A stretch of 64,000 nucleotides of DNA from Desulfobacteraceae bacterium (lineage in GTDB: Bacteria; Desulfobacterota; Desulfobacteria; Desulfobacterales; JAABTS01): positions 4,338 through 68,337 of the forward strand of contig JAABTS010000005.1 in assembly GCA_011389735.1 (NCBI GenBank), in the 5' to 3' direction. The position numbers were made by a program, and so were the translations under genes. Of this stretch, positions 8,935-17,688 are shown one piece after another. The notes below the pieces were generated by a model. The model searched no databases. It was given only the letters and a program-made list of their open reading frames with translations, and was not told the DNA's origin. Every line of letters begins with the position of its first letter. The stretch's first letter is position 1.

Positions 8935-10689
8935 TCATTTAGAAAAAGCGGCGAAGATATCGCCCACCTGAGCGTTCAATTCGAAAAATTCCTTGCCGCC
9001 TTCCATATTGGAAATTTTGGGCAGGTTATCCCGGATATCCTCGGCGGTCGGAAATTTCTTCGCCGAAATCACGGTTCCCGGCCCGGTGACAATGGCGGCC
9101 CTGTTGTAAAATCCCATGCCCGCGTTGTAAATATTCCCGCTCACGGGGCATTGTTCCGAACAGAGATACAATGTCATGGGAGCCACGAATTCGGGTTTCA
9201 TTTTTTGAAACAGATCCGGCGGCATGATGTCTTCGGTCAGCCGGGACGCGGCCAGCGGCGCGATGGTGTTGACCTTGATGTTGTATTTTTTACCTTCTAT
9301 CTTCAACGTGTTCATAAATCCGACCAAAGCCATTTTTGCGGCCGAATAATTGGTCTGGCCGAAATTGCCGTACAGGCCCGCCGCCGATGTGGTCATGACA
9401 ATCCGGCCGTAACCTTTTTCTTTCATCACGGCGAACGCGGGCCGAGTTACATTGTATGCGCCGTTCAAATGCACGTTCAACACGGCGTTCCAGTTTTCCG
9501 GCTCCATTTTGAGAAAGCTCTTATCACGGAGAATACCCGCGTTATTGATCACGATATCCACGGTTCCGAAAGCGTCCAGAGCCGTTTTGACGACATTTTC
9601 CCCGCCCTGGGGATCGGCCACGTTGTCATAGCTCGCCACGGCTTCGCCGCCCAGCGCCTTGATTTCCGAAACCACCTGGTCGGCCGGAGAGCTCGAACCG
9701 CCCCCGGAACCGTCCCTGGCGCCGCCCAGGTCGTTCACCACGACTTTGGCGCCGCGTTTGGCCAGTTCAAGGGCGTATACGCGCCCCAGTCCGGCCCCTG
9801 CGCCGGTGATCACCGCCACGCGGCCGTCGAATCGGATTTTGTCCTCGGGGACATCGCCGTATTCGAATTCGCCCATGTCAATAGTCGTTTCGCCGGTTTC
9901 CGCATTGATAACCCTCCAGACCGCCTTGCCCTCCTCCGTTTTCCAGATCAGGACTTCAATGGGAACTCCAGGATAAAGAGGTTTTGAAAACCGGCAGAAC
10001 ATCCGGCGCGCTTTTTCCGGTTCGCCCGGAATGAGATTCCCCACCAGCGCCCGGCATGCGTACCCGTGCGTACAAAGGCCATGCATGATCGGCTTTTCGA
10101 ATCCGGCCCGGGATGCGAATTCAGGATCCGCATGAAGCGGAAACAGATCGCCGGAAAGCCGGTATAATAAAGGTTGATTGGCAGCGGGCGTTTCCCGGAC
10201 GATAAAATCCGGTTCGCGATCCGGAAATTCGACTTCCCTTTTCGGCGCCGCCGGGCCGCCGAAACCCCCGTCTTTTCGAGCAAAAATCGTCAATACGCTC
10301 GTAAACAGTTTTTTGCCGTTGGAATGATATGTTTCGCTTTCCCCCACCACCAGAGCGCCCTTGTTTTCGCCCTTGTCGTAATAATCACGCAATTTGCCGG
10401 AGGTCGTAAAGGCGCCTTCGGTCGGGATGGGATTGTGGAAAATCAATTCCTGTTCCCCGTGCAGAATCCCGGATAAATCCACATGGGATTTAACCGCGTA
10501 TTGAGAAACGAATTCGATAATCGATGCGATCGAAAAGCTTGGAATCACCTTGAGATTCTTCTCGTAACAATAATCAAGCTCGGAAAATCCCGCGCCCACG
10601 CCCAAAGCATAAAGAATCACATCCCGCCATCCGTAGTCCCTGGAAACGGGCCCGATCGGCTTCCCCAACGCATCCATGTCTAAGGCCAT
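8935..10689 (-). CDS. MaoC-like (R)-specific enoyl-CoA hydratase (double hot-dog) fused to MFE-2-type 3-hydroxyacyl-CoA dehydrogenase (SDR)
   Basis: 584 aa. SD AAGGAGGAAGG before the ATG. N-terminal hot-dog/MaoC pattern (RLSGDLFPLHADPEFA, IMHGLCT). C-terminal SDR (TGAGAGLG, NNAG, YSAAK), about 75% identical by eye to the SDR in 6081..8810. Confidence 0.85.
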   Translation of the reverse strand: MALDMDALGKPIGPVSRDYGWRDVILYALGVGAGFSELDYCYEKNLKVIPSFSIASIIEFVSQYAVKSHVDLSGILHGEQELIFHNPIPTEGAFTTSGKLRDYYDKGENKGALVVGESETYHSNGKKLFTSVLTIFARKDGGFGGPAAPKREVEFPDREPDFIVRETPAANQPLLYRLSGDLFPLHADPEFASRAGFEKPIMHGLCTHGYACRALVGNLIPGEPEKARRMFCRFSKPLYPGVPIEVLIWKTEEGKAVWRVINAETGETTIDMGEFEYGDVPEDKIRFDGRVAVITGAGAGLGRVYALELAKRGAKVVVNDLGGARDGSGGGSSSPADQVVSEIKALGGEAVASYDNVADPQGGENVVKTALDAFGTVDIVINNAGILRDKSFLKMEPENWNAVLNVHLNGAYNVTRPAFAVMKEKGYGRIVMTTSAAGLYGNFGQTNYSAAKMALVGFMNTLKIEGKKYNIKVNTIAPLAASRLTEDIMPPDLFQKMKPEFVAPMTLYLCSEQCPVSGNIYNAGMGFYNRAAIVTGPGTVISAKKFPTAEDIRDNLPKISNMEGGKEFFELNAQVGDIFAAFSK

Positions 10690-10758
10690 GCCTTCCTCCT
10701 TGCCGGAATTGTTTCAGATTCCGTGTAATTAGATTTATGGACAACCCCTGTATTGCGC

Positions 10759-10950
10759 CTGAACGAAAATCCGCAAAATACGGCTCCGAGCGGGTTTGTA
10801 ACTCGCATGTCACAGCCCCGAACGGGCTTATAACCACCGCTCCGAGCGGACTTTTACCCTCTGCTCCGAGCGGGTTTGTAACCCGCATGTCACCCTCGTG
10901 GCCAACGGGGATTGCAAATCCCCCGGAAGCGAGAGGAGGTTTTCGTTCAA
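10759..10950 (+). repeat. repeat family C copy (with internal duplication)
   Basis: Ends are inverted (TGAACGAAAATCC / GGTTTTCGTTCAA). Contains hairpins GCGGGTTTGTAACCCGC (x2) and GGGGATTGCAAATCCCC. Its reverse complement recurs at 31444-31556. Confidence 0.7.
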
Positions 10951-11001
10951 CCAATATAAAGGTTTTCAGATATCAATTTCAAAAGAATCAAGGGAAGAGA
11001 T

Positions 11002-11060
11002 AATACAAGTCGTATCTCTCCAACCGATAACGCCCTGAAATTTAATATCTGAAAGGCTAT
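11002..11060 (+). repeat. REP-A copy (right two-thirds)
   Basis: Matches the REP-A right arm ...CCGATAACGCCCTGAAATTTAATATCTGAAAGGCTAT. Confidence 0.7.
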
Positions 11061-11210
11061 ATAAACTTCCATCAATTATATACCAACCATTGTTTCCATC
11101 ATTTGATGGAGAAAATTATTAAACTGAAAAAACGATCGTGTCAAGAATTTTTAACGCATTTTTTTGAGGTTTTTATAAATTAAATTTCACGAGGCGGCGC
11201 GCCCGGGATT

Positions 11211-11345
11211 GTTGAATGCAAAAATGTTTATGTTGAATGCTAAATGTTAAATGCTAAATGGGAGGACTCACATTCAACATTCAACACCCAACATCCAACA
11301 TCCAACATCCAACATCCAACATTCAGCATTCAGCATTCAACATTC
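11211..11345. repeat. heptamer-periodic imperfect palindrome overlapping the stop codon of the 1810-aa gene
   Basis: Left arm has ATGYTRA-type units (11211-11260), the loop is GGAGGACTCA, and the right arm has about ten CAACATY/CAGCATT units (11271-11345). Confidence 0.8.
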
Positions 11346-14300
11346 CCTTTATTCGAGCGGCCAATCGCCATTCCGAAAATAAAAATCAGAAAGAGGATAC
11401 GGGGGGTTCCCAGGGTTTTGCCGGGCGGAGTTCCCGTGACGGAAATGATAAAGCATTCGCTCGAATCGCCCTCGCCGACCTCCGCAACGCCGTAACCGCT
11501 GCTTTCCAGTTCGCCCACGCCCGCGATAAATGTGGACAGTCCATCCACTTCCACGGATATAACGGTGTTTTTGGCGTCCACAGATCTACCGGCGGTTTCT
11601 TTGGTCCAGACGCCATTGTGGCGCCGAAAAACGTTTAGCCGGCTTATATCTTTGACCTTTGCGGGATCATATTCGATCTGAAGGGTCATCAGGCCCTTGT
11701 AGACGGGTGTTTTTCCGGAGCCGGTTTCTTTGGCCGATACTTCGTAAATATCGCTTGCCGGAGTAATCCCGGCTGGAATATTCGTTGTTGAAGATCCAGC
11801 CCTGCGCTCAAGGGAAAGGTCTGCTTTGGTTTTTTCGATGGACACGGTCAGGTTGGCGCCTCCGGTTGTTTCTATTGCGCCGGATGGGATGTATATTCGA
11901 GTGGGATCGCCGCCGCCGAGGGTCGCCTGGTCGCTGATGTACGGGCTGACGCGATGGCTGTTTAGCGCCGCCGTGTCGGCGTTGAAGGACAGGGTTTCCA
12001 GTTTTGCGGCCGCTTTTTCCCCGTAATGCACGCATACGGTGACGTCCACTCGCTCGTCTCCGGGAGACTTGCGATAGTCAGCTAGGATTCTTCGCCGATT
12101 CGCTCCGAATGTTATGTTTTCAAGGGTTCCGCCGCCGTTTTTCAAGTAAATCCCGCCGGCCGTGGTGGATTCGTTCGGTTCGGTCTGTGTGGCGTCGATT
12201 TCGTTGTCGGTCAAATAGGTGGTGCTGAAAACGCCGATATGGACGATATCGCTGTTATCATGGTCCGGATAGGCTCGGAAGATCAGGGCCGGTTCCGGAT
12301 CGCGGGCGATTATCGCATCCCGGGTTTTGTCGGCGTATCCGGTGGTGAATGGATCGCCTACGGGGAATATTTCCGGGGTGTCGTCGATGCCTGAATCGCT
12401 GTAAAAGATAAGCTGATAAAGGGCGTTTCCGGAAAGCCCCGGCGTTTCATACGACGAAAACGAACCGTCCGCCTCCCTGGTCAGGCGTCCGAAAATGACC
12501 GAACGTTCCCTGAGATCCATGCAGACCACGCCGCTGATGTCCGCCGTCGAAGGATAGCCTCCTCCGGACAGGGCCAGCGCTCCGGAAATTTTGTAGAAAT
12601 CGTCGTCCCAGACCGTATTGAGCGTTTTTTCCTCATACGCTTCGAATGTGATATTGTTTATCTCCGCACGAGGCAGGCCGTAATTCATGAAAATGATTTT
12701 GTATGTTCCCGGAGCGATATTGTCAATCCGGTATTTCGCTGTTTTAAGGTCTTCCGGAGCCGGCATGGTCATGCCTTCGATTCCCTCCAGCATGTCTTTG
12801 TACGGGACGCCTTTTTTCCGGAGCAGAATATATGCTGCCGGGTAGGAGGCTCCGTCTTCCGATGCAAAAGGGATCATGAACCGGGCGGAATCGGGAATAG
12901 CGATAGTTCCGTTCAGGCTAGCAGTGGCTCGCGTCAAGACGAAATCCGCTTTCTCAGTGCAGTTTGTCGCAGGATCGATTTTTCCAGGGCGGACATTGTA
13001 TCTGCGTTCCTCTCCCCAGATCACTTTTTTGCCCCAATCTTCGAACAACCACGGCCTTTCCGCGGCGATCAGATCATAATAGGCCACGTTCGGATCGATT
13101 CCATAAATCGTGTAATAGCCTTTATCGTCTGAAACGCCTGTGGATTCGCCGACTCCGTCATGGGCGTCGGTAGGGACCGCCGACACGTCCACGCCGGGAA
13201 TCGGTTCTCCGTCTGAATCGGTCAGGCGTCCCGTGATAACGGAGCCTTCCCTGAGCCGCACCGTTCCGATATTGATATCTCCGGTCACGCCTTCGGGCGC
13301 TTCGACGCCGGCGATAACGCGGTTGATGTAGTTTTTTGCTCCCTTTTTTTTGCGCCCGTGTTCGGCCTGGATGACTATGATGTACTGGTGTCCAGCAGGC
13401 AGAGCCGTGAGATGAAATTTTCCGGGAGTGTTGTTCGGTTTACGAGAAGACAGTGAGGCGTCGCCGGTTTTCAAATCGGAACCGTCTTCAATGTAACTCG
13501 AAGACCAGGAACCGGGGTCGGTTTGACGATAACCGCTTTCCACCCAGGGAACCGCCTGGCAGGTCACCTTCACTCCGTCCGCCGAGGTCACGGGCTCTCC
13601 GGTCTCCTCGTTCACCAATCTTCCCGTCAGGTTCACCCCCTTTTCAACCGACAGGTTCACTGACGCGTTCGCAGTTTTAACGGAAAAACGGGCGCCCGAC
13701 ACCACATATCGGTCAGTCCAGAATTGGAGCAAATAGTCTCCGCCCGCCACATGATCGAATTCAAATTCATATCGCGATGTGTTGTCAAAATCTCTTTTAA
13801 AGAGGGTCAGAGCGTTGCCGAGAAATTCGTATTCGGTCGTGTAGAGCGCCAGAAAACCCAGCCAATCGAAAGCATCCGTCTGGTCGTTCGCCATTTTCTG
13901 CACTTCCGGCAGGGTAAGCCTTCCCGTCACCTTGTACCCGTTTTCCAGAATGAAATCGCGGTTCGGCATATCCCTGTCCGAGACGACGATGACCTTCGAA
14001 GCCGCGACCCAGTGGCGGTATGTTTGATCGAATACGGACAGGTCCGACAGCTCGGGTTCGATCATTTTGGAAATTCGGAGCGATGTGAACGGAGGGACAA
14101 GCCGATAAGCGCCGGGCGCCAGGCCGTCGATGCGATAGCTTCCCGAGCCGTCGCCGTTATCGGTTATATGGCCGACGAGCGGGTGTGCGGCTTCATCTCC
14201 GCTCATGAACACCATGTCCACCGGAACCGCCATAACGACCTGCCCGGCCAGGTCGCCCGAGATCGTGATCCTTTCGTCATAAAGGTCGCCGGTTTCGTCT

Positions 14301-16762
14301 TTTATTCCATTCGCCGATCCGCCCGATCCGTCTCCAAAATCATGCCAGGGCGGATTTGAATCGTCCAGGCGGATCGATCCCGATACGGCGTATCCCTTTG
14401 GTATGACGATGTTCAGCACTGCGGGAACGGCTGCGTCATTTTCCACGAACACTCTTTCCGTGACCACTCCCGCGCCCGGTTCGGACATAAGTACGCCGGA
14501 GCCGTCATAATTGGATGGATTGGCGGCCATGCCCGCCCGAACAACATAGTCGCCGGCGCCCAGTCCGCTGATCGTGTAAGTTCCTGTCGCCGGATCAACG
14601 CCGCCGTCGGCGACAGTGGCGGTTTTCGGCGGTATCCAGTCCCAGGGCTGTATCACCTGAACCACGACCCTGGAAAAATCCAGAGTAACACCGTCGCCTG
14701 ATATCGAGCCCGTCAGTACGCCCTGATGGGGCGCCAGCACCAACCGGGTCTGAACGGAGCCCGATAGATCGACAAACACCGGCTTATTCCCGTTCGCATC
14801 CGCCAGTTCGTATCCTTTGCCGATTTCGGCGCCGAGTTCGTACAGGCCGTCATTCAAGCCGGCGATGGCAAAGTCCGCGCTTTTGTTTTCGCCCCGTTCG
14901 ATTACCACGCTCGCCCCGCTCCATTTGCCTGTTTCGGGCGCCCAGGCGTCGATCCAGACTTCGATAGGATCTGTTCCGTCGTCATTTTCGTATAAAGGCC
15001 GGCCTGTGGTGTCGCCGCGAATTGTCAGCACGCCTGAAATCACGCTTCCCAGTTCCAGAGGGATTTCGCCGAGATCTTTGTCCTGCCCGGCTATGATTTC
15101 CACGCCTTCCAGAATTTTCGTCTTGAATCCCATAATCCGAATTTCAATGTTATATACGCCCGCCGGGACGCCGTCGAACTGAAAAGCTCCCGTGTCCAGC
15201 GGCATGGGTTCGTCGAGCCACTGCTCCCATGTCCATGTTCCGCCGTTTTCCTCACAACCCCAATAATCGTTGTACGCCTCGTCCGAACAGAATCCAGGTA
15301 TGTGAAAAGGATCGATGGTTCCCCAGCCGTTATAGCGTTCCTCGTCATTCGAAGGGTTTACGGCCTGAACGTCGATACTTGTCCAGTCCGTGACCGGTTT
15401 CGGCAGTTTGACGCTCCCTTTCAGCAAGGAGGCTTTGGATAGCAGTATGTCGCCCGCATCCCCGCCGTTTTTCCCTACCTGGACGATCTTCGGCGTCGAT
15501 GCAAAACCTTCGTAATGTGCGCCGATTTCGTATAATGCGGGATCTCCTTCCGGAATGGGAACGGAAAAATCTTTCGACGATTCGCCGGCGTCGATTTCGA
15601 CTGTCGAGTTTCCCCATCCCACGCCTTGTGTATTGTGCGCTTCGACAGTTATTTCAAGGGTTTCGGTCGTCCAGCCGTATTGATTTCGAAACGCGGTGAA
15701 TGTATCGGCGTCCTCCCCGGCGATTCCGTTGGCGTTCAAATCCAGTTTGATTGTTCCGGAAATGAAAATCGCTTTTTTCAATACTATTTCGCCTGCGTTT
15801 TTTCCGGTTTCCGACGCAGGTACATCGATGTCTTCGATTATATTCGGCAGTTTTCCGGCCGCTGAAACAGTAAGCGTGTAGACCGCATCCGACTGGAGAC
15901 CGCTAACGATAAACGTTCCGTCGGCGTTCGTCGTAGTTTCGGACCAGGCCAGAAAAGAACCGGCCTCCACTTTTGCGCCCTGGATCGGATTGCCGTTTTC
16001 ATCCACCACTTTTCCGTAAATTTCGGCCGTCAAAATTTCGATGACCAGGGCTTTATGGACTTCCTCGTCCGAGAATACGCCGTCCCGGTTTTCATCCAAT
16101 CGAACTTCCAGGGCGTATTCGCCGTTGGAAAGCAGGTTCCAGTCGTCGTCCCTTCCGAACCAATAAGCCGTAGCCAGCTCGCTTTCACCGGCGGACAATT
16201 GCATGGCCCAGTCGTACCTGGATTCATACCAGGCCCATTCGAATTCATCCTGCGGGAATCCGGCGACGGATCGTGTGTCTTCGTCCCAGGTCAGTGTAAT
16301 GACTGTCCCGCGCAGGGATTGGTCCGGATAATCCTCCGGATAGACATATCGCCAGGTCAGCGGATCATCGCGGGGATCGTCGGGAGTGCCGTTGTCGGGA
16401 CGGTTCCAGGGATGAACCGCGGCTTTCCAGTCGATAGGCGACACGACGCCGTCCTTGTTTTCATCGACGGCTATGCGCACATCGAGCCATTTTCCGGATG
16501 CGGCCGGGTTTGACCACATGGCGCCGATAACAGCGCTGTTCAAGCTGTCGATGGTGAAGGAGGGCGCGGATGTTCCGTTGTCGGTGAACCAGTCGTAAAA
16601 ACTCTCCGGAGTCACCTCATCGGTTTCCAAACCGTCGAGTACGCCGGTGACGCCGGCCCGCAATTCCATATCTCGAGCTTCAACGCCGCCGGCGATAAAG
16701 ACCATACATCCGAAAATGAAACAAAAAAACGAATAACATATCGGTTTGTTCATTGGTTTCAC
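11330..16762 (-). CDS. giant secreted/surface protein with CarboxypepD_reg (transthyretin-like) repeats, Ca-loop motifs and a C-terminal hydrophobic anchor
   Basis: 1810 aa. Signal peptide MKPMNKPICYSFFCFIFGCMVFIAGGVEA. Repeats such as GKVVDENGNPIQGAKVEAGS..TTNADGTFIVSGL and GRLTDSDGEPIPGVDVSAVP..DDKGYYTIYGI. DxNxDG loops DENKDGVVSPIDW and DENRDGVFSDEEV. C-terminus TPRILFLIFIFGMAIGRSNKGNVEC. Confidence 0.8.
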   Translation of the reverse strand: MKPMNKPICYSFFCFIFGCMVFIAGGVEARDMELRAGVTGVLDGLETDEVTPESFYDWFTDNGTSAPSFTIDSLNSAVIGAMWSNPAASGKWLDVRIAVDENKDGVVSPIDWKAAVHPWNRPDNGTPDDPRDDPLTWRYVYPEDYPDQSLRGTVITLTWDEDTRSVAGFPQDEFEWAWYESRYDWAMQLSAGESELATAYWFGRDDDWNLLSNGEYALEVRLDENRDGVFSDEEVHKALVIEILTAEIYGKVVDENGNPIQGAKVEAGSFLAWSETTTNADGTFIVSGLQSDAVYTLTVSAAGKLPNIIEDIDVPASETGKNAGEIVLKKAIFISGTIKLDLNANGIAGEDADTFTAFRNQYGWTTETLEITVEAHNTQGVGWGNSTVEIDAGESSKDFSVPIPEGDPALYEIGAHYEGFASTPKIVQVGKNGGDAGDILLSKASLLKGSVKLPKPVTDWTSIDVQAVNPSNDEERYNGWGTIDPFHIPGFCSDEAYNDYWGCEENGGTWTWEQWLDEPMPLDTGAFQFDGVPAGVYNIEIRIMGFKTKILEGVEIIAGQDKDLGEIPLELGSVISGVLTIRGDTTGRPLYENDDGTDPIEVWIDAWAPETGKWSGASVVIERGENKSADFAIAGLNDGLYELGAEIGKGYELADANGNKPVFVDLSGSVQTRLVLAPHQGVLTGSISGDGVTLDFSRVVVQVIQPWDWIPPKTATVADGGVDPATGTYTISGLGAGDYVVRAGMAANPSNYDGSGVLMSEPGAGVVTERVFVENDAAVPAVLNIVIPKGYAVSGSIRLDDSNPPWHDFGDGSGGSANGIKDETGDLYDERITISGDLAGQVVMAVPVDMVFMSGDEAAHPLVGHITDNGDGSGSYRIDGLAPGAYRLVPPFTSLRISKMIEPELSDLSVFDQTYRHWVAASKVIVVSDRDMPNRDFILENGYKVTGRLTLPEVQKMANDQTDAFDWLGFLALYTTEYEFLGNALTLFKRDFDNTSRYEFEFDHVAGGDYLLQFWTDRYVVSGARFSVKTANASVNLSVEKGVNLTGRLVNEETGEPVTSADGVKVTCQAVPWVESGYRQTDPGSWSSSYIEDGSDLKTGDASLSSRKPNNTPGKFHLTALPAGHQYIIVIQAEHGRKKKGAKNYINRVIAGVEAPEGVTGDINIGTVRLREGSVITGRLTDSDGEPIPGVDVSAVPTDAHDGVGESTGVSDDKGYYTIYGIDPNVAYYDLIAAERPWLFEDWGKKVIWGEERRYNVRPGKIDPATNCTEKADFVLTRATASLNGTIAIPDSARFMIPFASEDGASYPAAYILLRKKGVPYKDMLEGIEGMTMPAPEDLKTAKYRIDNIAPGTYKIIFMNYGLPRAEINNITFEAYEEKTLNTVWDDDFYKISGALALSGGGYPSTADISGVVCMDLRERSVIFGRLTREADGSFSSYETPGLSGNALYQLIFYSDSGIDDTPEIFPVGDPFTTGYADKTRDAIIARDPEPALIFRAYPDHDNSDIVHIGVFSTTYLTDNEIDATQTEPNESTTAGGIYLKNGGGTLENITFGANRRRILADYRKSPGDERVDVTVCVHYGEKAAAKLETLSFNADTAALNSHRVSPYISDQATLGGGDPTRIYIPSGAIETTGGANLTVSIEKTKADLSLERRAGSSTTNIPAGITPASDIYEVSAKETGSGKTPVYKGLMTLQIEYDPAKVKDISRLNVFRRHNGVWTKETAGRSVDAKNTVISVEVDGLSTFIAGVGELESSGYGVAEVGEGDSSECFIISVTGTPPGKTLGTPRILFLIFIFGMAIGRSNKGNVEC

Positions 16763-16883
16763 CTTATTTTATTGAAATTCCAGACGCTTGAAGAACGATG
16801 ATCGCATTTCAAGAACCAAAACGGTTTTATGTACCCCCGGCCGATAAAGCACTGACATTTAATTTATGAAAACCCGCAGAGGG

Positions 16884-17678
16884 TCAATATATAGCTGTGT
16901 TTGACTTCATTTCGTCGATCATCCGTTTGATTTCCCGGTTTCTATGCCGTCTCAGGATTTGTTTCCGTTTTTCAAAATCGCGCCGGATTTGTTTGCGCCT
17001 AATTGAGCCGGCTTTTTCCCTGTACTCTTTTTTTTCAGCCGTGAATCGCCGGTGGGCCATTCGCATTTCCCTTAAAGGGGGTCGATAATCCGGGCCTATG
17101 TTTTGGTGCGGCGCTTTTAATTTCGGAGCCCCGAATACGTCTTTTTTAATCGCCGGCCGCTCTTTTACCAGATCTTTTCGGGTGATCGAACTCGTCGATT
17201 TTCCTTTATGCGGCGACAATGCCTTGGGCGCCGTAAAAGTCACTGACGCGGCGGAGGAAGCCGGTTTCTCATAAGAATATTTTCGGTAATCGACGCCGGC
17301 GAGATCCGGTTCCGTTTTGAAGATTCGGATAGCCTGGACTTCGCAGGCCTGAGCGGTTTTCATGTAAGTGATGGCGTAACCGTTCGGTTTGATTATCTGC
17401 TTTACCGCCGGTTCCGGGTCCACGCCCTCCGACATCGAAAACGATACGGGGACGAATTCCAGCCGTTTGTCCATAAATATGGCATAGCCGGTTTTTTTAG
17501 CGAGTATGTCCATCACCCGGCCAAGCGGCGCGTTGTCCGCCGACCCGCTGATCCGGCCCCGATTGATATGGATTTCGCATTCCCCGGAAAACGCGGGGAG
17601 CGCTGGAATAAGCATGACCGCGAAGAATATGGCGCCTGCGAACCGGATATGCAAAGCGAATCTTGAATTTTGCGTCAT
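16884..17678 (-). CDS. secreted protein with STN-like (secretin/TonB short N-terminal) domain and Lys/Arg-rich tail
   Basis: 264 aa. Signal peptide AIFFAVMLIPALPAFSG. STN-like pattern APLGRVMDILAKKTGYAIFMDKRL...NGYAITY. Basic low-complexity C-terminus. Starts 10 nt after the upstream gene's stop. Confidence 0.6.
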   Translation of the reverse strand: MTQNSRFALHIRFAGAIFFAVMLIPALPAFSGECEIHINRGRISGSADNAPLGRVMDILAKKTGYAIFMDKRLEFVPVSFSMSEGVDPEPAVKQIIKPNGYAITYMKTAQACEVQAIRIFKTEPDLAGVDYRKYSYEKPASSAASVTFTAPKALSPHKGKSTSSITRKDLVKERPAIKKDVFGAPKLKAPHQNIGPDYRPPLREMRMAHRRFTAEKKEYREKAGSIRRKQIRRDFEKRKQILRRHRNREIKRMIDEMKSNTAIY

Positions 17679-17688
17679 TTGAAAAAAC

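Noticed and set aside
10574-11003. ORFs 10574..10954 (-) and 10737..11003 (+) downstream of the hydratase/SDR gene
   Set aside because: They lie wholly within repeat family C. The translations are repeat-derived (APNGL..APSGL..APSGF) and lack start signals.
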